Below are positions 39,134-49,900 of a stretch of DNA of 64,000 bases, piece by piece. The stretch comes from Rhizophagus irregularis. Taxonomy: Eukaryota. The notes under the pieces are model-generated. The model was not told the DNA's origin, searched no databases, and saw nothing but the letters and a program-made list of their open reading frames with translations. Within the stretch, counting starts at the first letter, position 1; each line of letters starts with the position of its first letter. The stretch spans positions 310,001 to 374,000 of the forward strand of contig NC_089433.1 in the NCBI RefSeq assembly GCF_026210795.1, read 5' to 3'. Made by a program: the position numbers and the translations under genes.

Positions 39134-40341
39134 GTCACATGCCAATAAGTTGGTTAGATTTTTAGAGTACAAAATAATTACTCGCTATGACTCTCGTAAT
39201 CTTCATTTCAAATTTATTGGCTTTGGGGGATCCGCTGCTGTTTATGTAGCAAATTGGAAGAATACGTCAACAAAATATGCAATCAAAAGACGTGTCGATG
39301 TAAAGAGGTATGTTACCAATAACAGTTTTTGTATAAACTATAGATTATTTAAGAATAGCTTCTTTCTAGGTTTATTTAACATATTTGGCTAATTCTCATG
39401 AAAATATAATTCAATTTCGTGGAATTACGAATTTTGAAGGTAAATAACAATTTTGCAATAAATATGTAATAAAAGTATTTTATTAACGTGTTTATATTTT
39501 TTAGATGATGAGAAGCATTCTCTTGTTCTTGAATACGCGGAAGGTGGGACATTAGGAAAATATTTAAGAGATGATACTCTAACTTTGAAATGGGAGAATC
39601 AAATAAAGTTTGCTAAAGAGATTACGAGTGCGATTTTATGGTTACATGTTGACAAGGGAATCGTACACGGGGATCTTGTAAGTATATCAGGCCGTTTTAT
39701 TTACTATATTGCATAATTAACATATTCTTTTTAGCATCCCAATAATATTTTAATAAACAAAGAAACAATAAAATTGGCGGATTTTGGACGTTCATATCAA
39801 AAAGAGTCAGATTGCTATAATACTGAAGTATGGGGTGTGATACCTTATGTTGATCCTAAAATGTTCGGTCAAAGACTTCCATATAAGCCAAACGAAAAAT
39901 CTGACATATATAGTTTGGGGTTTTGTTCTGGGAGTTAACTAGCCGCTTGTCGCCGTTTGATGGGTTTGAAGATGATATTATTATGTTTAAAATTCTTAAT
40001 GGTTTGAGAGAGAAGCCTGTTCCGAACACGAATGTTAAATTTGTGGGACTTTATCAGGGTAAGTGTAAAATGATTTCGAATCAATAATTAGTACAATATT
40101 ATTCTTGTTGTTGCAATCTAATTTTTAATCTATTTGAATAGAATGCTGGAAACAAGAACCAGATGAACGACCACATATTTCTGAAGTAAATGAAGTACTT
40201 AATACTATTGATTCCGAAAATTCTGGAAACAATGACGTGTCTACTGTTCCTTATCGTAGAGGAAGCGAAGAAAGTACTAAAAAAACGGAATTTGTACATT
40301 CCTGTCAGATTGATTTAAATATTCTTTGTCAAAAATATTAG
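39134..40341 (+). pseudogene. TKL-like kinase, tandem copy 2, with a 1-nt deletion
   Basis: Same exon structure as copy 1; TTGGGGTTTTG at ~39915 versus TTGGGAGTTTTG in copy 1 shifts the frame. Confidence 0.75.
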
Positions 40342-41009
40342 ATTATTTCGCATATTTTTTAGATTTTTTAGATTTTTTCGTTATTCTTATAACTTGAGTT
40401 TCCATTTTTCCGTTCGAATAGAACGAACATTTATAGTAATAAACTAAAATTTTCTATATCTAATGCGTATTATGAAATCGTGTATTTTTTTTATTAAGAA
40501 CTAGAAATCCGCAAAATTTTTCTAAATGTTATACAAAGTAAATCTGACCAGTAAAAAATTAGTCACGTTACAGAAATTTTTTAGTCCGCAACTCCGCATA
40601 TTTTAAATACAAATTTACCCTGTGTAATTAATTATAAAAAAGGTACATTTTCTCATTGACAGAATGAATGGCTACAGGGTATTTTATTAATGTCGTTTTG
40701 TACTTCGACGTCCCAAAAACTCACCGCCCAACGGCACAGTGTAAACTATTATTCACGTTCAGCTCCAGATTTTGTATAAACAGCGTTAATAAAAAATACA
40801 CTTTCATTCACTTTATTCTATCAAACGTTTGATTTTATTTTTGCTATTAAAAGTATATTTCCTTAATCCCTTTCAAAGAACTAATATATAAATTTCTCGA
40901 AAACTCTTAGTAAAGAATTGCTTAAACAATAGACTTGGAATACTGCGCCACAAATCCAAATCAAAGAAAATACTAGATATTTATATTCAAAATTTTTTTT
41001 TTTACATAA

Positions 41010-41770
41010 TAGCACGGAGATCTTGTAAGTATATACGGTAATGTTGCTTTATTTGCTATATTGCGTAATTAACATTCTTTTTTTAGCATCTCAATAATAT
41101 CTTAATATACAAAGATACAATAAAGTTGGACGTTCATACCAAAAAGAGCCAGAATGTTATGGGGTGTAATTGATAATGGTGTAAAACGGAGCCGAATTCC
41201 TGATTGCCGATCATCCGGACCCGGTTTAATCGCAGAAAATCCCCTGGAATTCCACGACAATCTGCGCCTGAGCCGGGTCCGGATCACGTTGCGGCTAATT
41301 ATTTTTCGGCCTAACTACACCATTATGAAGAAAAGGTCAAATCCTTTCCGAATGTCAATCCAGTCGGTCAAAAACTTCCATGTAATAACGAGAAACCTGA
41401 TATATATAGTTTGGGAGTTTTGTTCTGGTGGACTTGAAGATACTGTAATTATATTATGTTGAAAATTCTTAATGATTTGAGAGAAGAGCCTGTACCGAAC
41501 ACGAATGTTAAATTTATTGAACTTTATCAATGTAAGTGTAATATGATTTCGTAGTACAATCTTTGTTATTTTTGTTGTTGCAATATAATTTTTAATCTAT
41601 TTTGGAAGCAAAGAACCGGATGAACGACCACATATTTCCAAAGTAAGTGAAGTAAATATTATTGATTTTAAAAATAATAATGTGTCTACTGTTTCTTATC
41701 ATAAAGGAGGAGAAGAAAGTATTGTACATTCTTGTCAAATTGTTTTAAATAAGCTTAGTCAAGAACTTTA
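41010..41770 (+). pseudogene. TKL-like kinase, tandem copy 3, deleted and MITE-interrupted
   Basis: N-lobe exons missing (resumes at HGDL), ADF deleted, further indels. Confidence 0.85.
41176..41323. mobile_element. GC-rich MITE, 148 bp, flanked by TA
   Basis: TIR ATGGTGTA / TACACCAT; segment absent from kinase copies 1 and 2. Confidence 0.75.
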
Positions 41771-42859
41771 GATTATTTCACGGTCTTTTTTAGATTGTTC
41801 GTTATTCTTAGAACTGTTTTTCCAATTTTCCATTCTAATAAAGTGTCTTTACACGAACATTTATAATAATAAACTAAATTTTCTATTACGTATTATAAAA
41901 ACGGCGTATGTCAAGCGATGATATTTATGTCATTATGTGTCGATTTTGCTAAATTTAATAACCATTTTTTATGGTGTAAACTAAAAAGTCCTCAAAAGGT
42001 TGAGTCAAAAAGCACCGCATACATTGCGTTAACCCTTCGTATAGGAGTAACAAACATCCCGAACGAGTAGTTATTCCTCTTGTGATTATAAACACTCAAC
42101 TACTGAGCCCTTGGTATATGTGATTCATAGTCCACTGATGTTGGACTAATCTATTTTGCATCAATTTCTGCAAAATCGCTTTCGAGTCCTGTCAGTCTGA
42201 TTTATAACTAGCACTGTTCAATGCTACTTTCCATAGTACGTAGAGCACCGCCTAAAAAATTTTTTTATTATATTCTTTATTTATTACAAAATTGGTTTGT
42301 ATTATTTAATAATCGTAATAAAAAGATGATTCTTATAAAAGTTTTCAAGACTTGATAGAAACTTAGTTTTAATTACCAAAAAATCAAACAATAAATTTTA
42401 TAAAATAAAAAAGAATTATGAGAAATACTTCAGATACAAACATTTTTTTGTATTTTTTTTTTATTAAGAACTACGAGCATTTTTACAGTAAAATAATGTT
42501 CCTTCATTTGAAAAAAAACCGCAAATTTATTTCTATCTTTAGTAAATTTCGCCAAGCCACGCTGCAGAAATTTTTGGTCTACATATTTGTCCGGTGTCTG
42601 CCCATTATGAAAAATTATCGATCACGTGAGTTTCTGGCTCTCACGTGACATTATCCAAATTTTTTTTTTCTTCACAACGGTTTCCGTTTCCTAGTAACTA
42701 TTTTAATCTATAAGCTTTGTAATATACAATAAAATAAGATATAACTAACACAGATTTTTAAGGGCAAACACAGGGCCTACCATATAAGTAAATAGTGACG
42801 ACAAAAGCATATGTTATGAAGGACCGAGGACTTCTCAATTCCGAGATCCTGCTTCTATT

Positions 42860-43172
42860 GGTGAAGATTTTGACAATCGTCTTGTAAATCATTTTGTACA
42901 AGAATTCAAAAGTAAATTTAACAAAGATATTACATCCAATGCACGTGTTATCTATCCGTCGTTTAAGAACGGCATGTGAACATCCTTATAAAAAATTTTA
43001 TCCATTATTTCTGTAAAAACTCCGTAAAAATGATCCTTTCACGGATCCATTCACGGAGAATGAAAAAAATTCGATAGATTCCGTGATATAAGATTATTAA
43101 TTCCAGAAATATGAGCCTTTTACGGAAAAAAGATGGAATGGATCGACTTTTTTTACAGGGCATGCAAAACGT
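42860..43172 (+). pseudogene. hsp70: Isolated cytosolic HSP70 ATPase-domain fragment interrupted by a MITE
   Basis: [29 protein letters not shown]...[12 protein letters not shown] matches the conserved HSP70 segment; contains a frameshift. Confidence 0.9.
42984..43160. mobile_element. MITE, 177 bp, 3-bp TSD (CAT)
   Basis: TIR CCTTATAAAAAA versus CCCTGTAAAAAA; CAT at 42981-42983 and 43161-43163; removal restores the HSP70 frame. Confidence 0.85.
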
Positions 43173-43300
43173 TGAAAGTGTGAAGAGTCTTCACGATTGC
43201 CATATGACACAGCATTAATATTTTGTCAGAGAAATACACAAGAAGGCAATAGGGAGATGTGTAAGTCCATCTATCCTTTATTTGTCAATCACACATATCT

Positions 43301-43467
43301 ATAAAAATGAAATGTGTTAAATTCATTTTATATTTGTGTTCATGTACAAAAAACGTCCAAAATAAGCACCATTTTGTCTGTATTACAAACACAAAAATTA
43401 AACAAAATGGTGCTTTTTTAGACATTTATTACACATGAGCAACAAATTTAACACATTTCGTTTTTAT
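43301..43467. mobile_element. Imperfect ~165-bp palindrome (foldback MITE candidate)
   Basis: ATAAAAATGAAATGTGTTAAATT pairs with AATTTAACACATTTCGTTTTTAT; inner AAGCACCATTTTGT pairs with ACAAAATGGTGCTT. Confidence 0.7.
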
Positions 43468-44026
43468 TGAGGCATTATTATTGATACATTCTTTGCTTTT
43501 TTTGTTGGGTCAAATATGAGCTAGTCCGAAATTATTAACGGAATGCTACTTTTTATCAGTTAAACTATACTTTCATTATTTGTAAATATCGGGTTTCGTA
43601 ATGAATTATTTATAATCAATTAATTTCACATTATCGTTAAAAGTTTAAACATATACATGTGAAAAGCAATGAAAGCGACATTGAATTTATTGGTCTTGAA
43701 GGAAATCTGCCGGAGAAACTAAAAATGAGTAAGTTTAATTTTAGCTCAAGAAACATTTAACTAAAAGTAGAATGTTCCGATGGTTTTTCCTTTCTATGAT
43801 AAAGGACCTTTTTGTTGATCAAGCCGAGCTTTACGAAATCAAAAAAGAAAATTGTTTTATGAAATTTTCAAGATGGTCATTTGGTTAACGGAGTAGTACA
43901 CAATAAGGGTCATTCATAATGTCAAGAAAATTGAACTTTCTGAACTTAATATAAATAAGAGTACTGACCACATTGATAAATTGTTATAAAAATTATAAAA
44001 ATAAAGAAAACAATAAAAAAATTATA

Positions 44027-44347
44027 ATGAAAATGAACGGAACTATTCATCATCGTTTTAACTTGAGTCTTTTGTCCTTCTTCGTCTTTAGCACCTCCGC
44101 TAGTTGCGTTGCTACTCCTTGTACATGTGATGGGTGCAGACCGCAAGGCCAATACTGTGGTGGTAAATAATAATTGGATTTTCTGATTTCATATTTTTTT
44201 TTGTCTTATTTTGATTTTCTTTTTTTAGCTGACTTTGTTGATCCTAATTGCATATATGATCAATGCAATCCACAAGGTAAACCATGTGATTATGGCTATC
44301 GCCAATCCTGCTATGACTGCGGTTGTTTACTGTATATTGTCATGTGA
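44027..44347 (+). CDS. Small cysteine-rich, probably secreted protein (2 exons), possibly degenerate
   Basis: Intron 44163-44228; ...LSLLSFFVFSTSASCVATPCTCDGCRPQGQYCGADFVDPNCIYDQCNPQGKPCDYGYRQSCYDCGCLLYIVM*. Confidence 0.7.
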
Positions 44348-44759
44348 TCATCATGTGCTATTTCGGTGTTACGAAGTTTAATATGTTTAACTATGTTCGA
44401 CATGTTAATCATTGTTCGACATGTTAACAGTTAATCATGTTAAAACATGTTAAACATGATTGGCATATCAAACATGTCAATCATATTACACATATTAGAT
44501 ATATTAAACTTGTTAAATATGTTAAATTTATCAGTATATGTATAATTTATTATAAATACAGGTCAATTTTCTGTAGTAATGTTTCTTCCAGATAACAACA
44601 TATTAGATATATTAGATATATTAAACTTGTTAAATATGTTAAATTTATTAGTATATGTATAATTTATTATAAATTTTGGTCAAATGATGAGAAAAAAAAC
44701 TCTCTCCTGCATAAACCGATTTACATAGAATTCCGCAGCAACACACAAACAACGGTAAA

Positions 44760-46856
44760 ATGGGTATAACACCGTCAAGAGAAAAATTTATAGCCTTAGA
44801 AGGATACGCCCAAAAAAGCGTCGAAGAGCGAAATACAATACTAACAAACGCAGGAATGGAAATAACTCAAACGGACAAAGACTTAGCAGAATTTTTAGGG
44901 GCAGAAGACGTAACCTTAGGTTGCTTTATTAGAGGTATTATTACGATATGCATAGACGAACACAACAACATACGCAACCAAGAGTTCACAAGATATATGG
45001 AGGAATACAAAAACGTCAACAACGAAATGCTTGAACAAAAACATATAGAAATGAATGAACAGATAAGAATGATGGAAGAAAATTGGAAGCTAAAAGAAGA
45101 ATATTATTTCAAGAACTCGACAATGAAAAAACACCAAATAGTAACGGAATTAGGTTCGGTCGACCAAGAAGACAAAGAAAAATTGGATAAATACAACAAA
45201 TGTAAAGACATGATAGAAAAAGATTTAGAAGCGAGCGATGACTCCAACGAAGGCCAACTGTGGGAAACGAACAGCGACACAACCAGTGACACTTCAGATT
45301 TCAACCAAAGTATGACAAGGAGATATAATATTTACAACAAAAGCTCACACCTATCAACAAACGACACACCCCATAACACCAATAGAAACTCACAAATGCA
45401 GGAGACGATCAAAAATGGAAACTCTCAATATTCAAGGCACCAATCAATTACGATGGCGTTTACCGCCGATCACGACATGGGAGCAAATTCCAGAATAAGT
45501 AAAGAATCAATGCACAAACCCAAAACAGCCGACGATCTGAAATATTTCGCGGGACTCCTGACCACACAAATCAGGGACGCACAAACAGACCAATCGATAA
45601 TCGAATATATAAATAACAACAAACTACTAGAATATCACATGAACACATTAGGAAGAATGATGAAAAACGGTAATGAATATACCTACGTAGGTTTTTTCAC
45701 AGAAACAGCCAAAAATAATTTTTTGGAGGACGGAAGAGTAAAGGGCACTCTAGGGAATTTCAGAGACTTAGAATGGCTCAACAAACTATATAAAACAATC
45801 ACGATATCGGTAACAGGAATCGATGAAAAAATGGACATAAACGAAGTAATAGAAGCTGTAGAAAGGAAGTTAGGTAAAATGCAAAAAATATCACAACAAG
45901 GAAAACAATACGGGAAAATCAATCTCAAACTAGTTATGGAAATAAGATGTACAGAAGAGGAACTGATGAACACATGGGGAATTCTCTTGAAGAACAGAAT
46001 GATAAAAATAGAACCGATTAACTATAAAAACCACGTGATCAGACAAAGAGGGAAAATAAGCGCAAGCGTGCTAGACATACCAAATGAAATTGATGAACTC
46101 GAAGTGGCCAAAATACTAAGACAAACAGGTGCAAGATATTGGTACAAATCGAATAACAAAAACAAAAGATCATACCAAATGAATGTTTACTTTAACAACG
46201 AAGAAGAAAGAAAAGCAGCGATAGGAAGGAAAATAAAAATTAAAGACCAAATTTTTACTTGGTTTTTTCGGGCAGAATCAGGAGGAAGACAACAAAGCAA
46301 TTTTCGCCAACAAGGAAGTAATTTTCGCCAACAAGGAAGATTTAACGGTAGATACCAAGGACAAAATTACAACAGAAGTTTCGATAACAGAGCGAGATGT
46401 TATATCTGCAAGAAAAATAATCACAATGCAAACAAATGCTACTTCAATAATGACAACAATAAAAACACGAACGAACACAGAAGTCATAGAAATGAAAATC
46501 AAAACAGACCGTTCAGACAAGAAAGCGGCAGATATAATAACGACGGAAAATTCAATTTCGAATCACAATACGAGGACAACAACGATAACAACAGATACAA
46601 TGGCCCCAACTATAGAGGAAGAAACACAAACCCAAGAAGACGATTCAATGATAATCATATTGGAGAAATTGAAAGACTTGAATATAGAGGATACCAACAA
46701 GGAAAATATTACCAACAATATTACGACCATGATAACAATGGACGTAATACAGGAAAACATACTGGATACAATAACAACAGTAGCAGAAGCTACGACAGAG
46801 ATTGGAACGAAGGAAGTAGATTCAATGATAGGCGTCGAATGGCTAGACGCTATTGA
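44760..46856 (+). CDS. Element 2 ORF1: gag-like protein (coiled coil, RRM-like regions, CCHC knuckle, R/G/N/Y-rich tail)
   Basis: Intact 698-aa ORF; knuckle CYICKKNNHNANKC. Confidence 0.9.
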   Translation: MGITPSREKFIALEGYAQKSVEERNTILTNAGMEITQTDKDLAEFLGAEDVTLGCFIRGIITICIDEHNNIRNQEFTRYMEEYKNVNNEMLEQKHIEMNEQIRMMEENWKLKEEYYFKNSTMKKHQIVTELGSVDQEDKEKLDKYNKCKDMIEKDLEASDDSNEGQLWETNSDTTSDTSDFNQSMTRRYNIYNKSSHLSTNDTPHNTNRNSQMQETIKNGNSQYSRHQSITMAFTADHDMGANSRISKESMHKPKTADDLKYFAGLLTTQIRDAQTDQSIIEYINNNKLLEYHMNTLGRMMKNGNEYTYVGFFTETAKNNFLEDGRVKGTLGNFRDLEWLNKLYKTITISVTGIDEKMDINEVIEAVERKLGKMQKISQQGKQYGKINLKLVMEIRCTEEELMNTWGILLKNRMIKIEPINYKNHVIRQRGKISASVLDIPNEIDELEVAKILRQTGARYWYKSNNKNKRSYQMNVYFNNEEERKAAIGRKIKIKDQIFTWFFRAESGGRQQSNFRQQGSNFRQQGRFNGRYQGQNYNRSFDNRARCYICKKNNHNANKCYFNNDNNKNTNEHRSHRNENQNRPFRQESGRYNNDGKFNFESQYEDNNDNNRYNGPNYRGRNTNPRRRFNDNHIGEIERLEYRGYQQGKYYQQYYDHDNNGRNTGKHTGYNNNSSRSYDRDWNEGSRFNDRRRMARRY

Positions 46857-46946
46857 TTGCCAACCACATCAAAACACACTAATAGAAGAAGAGACAGGAG
46901 AAAAAGGAGATGAAGGAGACGGATCAGATGCTTCAAACACAAATAG

Positions 46947-49900
46947 AAAAATAAAATTTTTAAAAGAGAAAAAAATAAAAAAAGAGAAATCAATGAAAAT
47001 CAAAAACAAAAAGAAAATATAAAAGATAAAAATAACAATTTAAAAATAGGTTGTATAAACGTAAGAGGAATGAATGATAACGTTAAACAGGGTGAGATAA
47101 GAAAATTCTTGGGCAAAGAACAATGGGATATAGCGATAATCAGCGAAACGAAGCTTAAAGAATCGAAAGGCAAACACATATACATGGACTGGAATGCATA
47201 CGAATGTATCAATAGCAGCTACAACAATGAAAATACAAAAAATGGAATTTTAATATTGTTAAAAAAAGAAATCAATGACAGGAGATACGCAATAGAAAAA
47301 ATAAATGGACACGCGATAAAAGTAGACATTTTATTTAGAGGAAGCCAAAAGAACATTAGAATAATAGGAATATACAACCCTAACAATGACAAACCAGCAA
47401 CTAAAATAATTGAAACAAAACTAGCGAAATGGATGAACGAGGCAACGAATTTAGATTACGAAATGATAATACTAGGAGACTTCAATGAATCAGCTAACGA
47501 CAGAAAAAAGAAAAGAGAAAAACCAATTACCACAACAATCAAACAACATGGCTTACAAGATATTCACGAATGTCTGACGACAGAGAAAGATGTGCTAGAT
47601 ACCTGGAGGAGTGGAGAATATTCGTCCAGAATAGATTTCATTTTCTTAAGCGAAGGCGTTCTCGAAGAAATTATAAGTCATGAAATATTAGACATAGCAG
47701 ATTTCAAAACAGACCACAGAGCGCTAACGATCAAAATAAAGATCAAAGAAAAATTAGAGAAAAGCAAAATTAAAAAACTTAGAAACATACGAAAAGAAAT
47801 AAAACATATAAAACTAGATCAAAAAGATTGGAACATTATAGCGGAGGAAGTAGAACAACGATTAGAAGACCTAGATCAAAATACGACACAAATTTCAAAT
47901 AGAGATCAAATGTGGAACAAAATAGTGGAGATAGTTAATAAGGAAAAGAAGATAAGATTAACAGAAATAAAAAGAGAAAGAAATGATAGAAAGGAGAAAG
48001 AATCAATTAGCGACATAGAAAGAACGAACGAAGAAATACTGGAAAAATGGATAGACGAATACGAACATTTAGAAAAGATAAGTAATATAGAACATAGTAT
48101 AATAAAAGCAGTAGATAAAGTAGTTACAAAATTATGGAGAGATAGAAGTGCAGATCAATATAAATATAGTTTTAAAGAATTTGAGGAAAATCTAGAGATT
48201 GAAAATTGGGGAACAACTGATACAGGCAATTATATTGCAATAAAAATAGCCAAATTAATAAAAACTCATGATAGATTCGAGAAAAGAAACGATTATAATT
48301 TAAACATAGACAAACTAAGAAATCACGAATTCAGAAAAGAACTAAAAGATAGAGAAAAGAACAGAAAGAAGATAATGGACAAATTATATGGACAAATAAC
48401 CGAAAAAAAAATAGAAGTTAACATAAGAAAAAGAGAGTTATACTTAGAAGAAGATATAGGTAAAATGATAAATAAGATTCTAGAAAGGAAAAAAGGAAAA
48501 ATTAATATGTCAAGCTTAATAGTAAGAGAAAAAGGTAAAATTACAATCGAAAAAGATCAAAAAGAAATAAAAACAAGAGTCCTAAATCATTATAAAGAAT
48601 GGACAAGGAAAAGAGAAATAGATTTAGACGAAATAGAATTTAACCATGAATGGAGAGATATATATAGCCCTAAAGAAGACGTGGACGAAGATATATATGA
48701 AAATTTAATGATACCTATAAGAATGGAAGAACTAGAATCAGTTTTAAACAATCTGAAATCAAACAAAGCGCCAGGACAAAGTGGTATATCTTACGATTTT
48801 TGGAAAAAAAGTAAGACTTTGACGAGAAAACTCTTATTAGAAATAATCAACGATAGCATGCTTGAAGAGAATGCGATAGATGACTGGAAAAAAGGCATAA
48901 TTTACCCAATAAATAAAACTACAAGGTCCGACTGGAATCAAGACCTGAGTTTGACTAGACCAATAGTATTACTAGAAACAGCTAGGAAAATTTGGTTTAA
49001 AGTTCTGGTGAATAGATTAACTGATATTTTAACAAGAGAACAAATATTGATGAATACGAACTTCGCGGCGTTGAAGAACGAAAGCACGTTAGAACCGATA
49101 AAAATTATTCAAGCTATAATTGAGGACGCTAATAATTACAATAAGGAAGCTTGGATATTATTAATGGACATATCGAAGGCATATGATTCAGTCAACACGA
49201 CAATGCTAAAAAAGAGTTTAGAAAGAATCAAATTGCCAAATAGTTTTATTAATCTAGTAATGGATATTTCATTAAATAGATCTAACAAAATTCTCGTTAA
49301 TAATGAGTTAACAGATAGCTACCACGTCGAGGACGGAATAGACCAGGGAGAGGTCTGGTCGCCGATCCTATGGAGAATCTTCTACGACACTCTATTAAGT
49401 AGATTAAATGAAATTAAAGATGAAACGGGATACAATTTTCATGAAGAAAGAATAATTAATAGAGAGAATGATGAAAAAGAAATATTAGATATTTCAATTA
49501 ACGTGACAGCATTTATGGATGATACAACGTTAATAAGCAGTAACAAAAGTCAATTGGAAAGATTAATTAATATATGTCATGAATTTTTTCAGATTAACGA
49601 TATCAAAGCTAATGTATCGAAATATGAACTTATAAAAATAAACAACAAAACCGAAGATTTAACTATAGAAGGAAATAAAATCGAAAAAGTAAATGACGCA
49701 GATGGAAATAGATACTTAGGAATCTTTTTTCGACATGACAATAAAAGAGACATATATAAAAAGAAAATAATTTCGATTATAGATAGCGCTTGCAATATAT
49801 TCAATTGGAAAAAATTAAACGAAAAACAGATAATCGCTGTATGGAATATTGTGATTATGCCAAGGATTGAATATCAACTGGCAGCTATAGTCCTAAAAAA

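Noticed and set aside
41970..42255. Possible second ATGGTGTA-type MITE
   Set aside because: Only one terminus is recognisable; no matching inverted end or TSD
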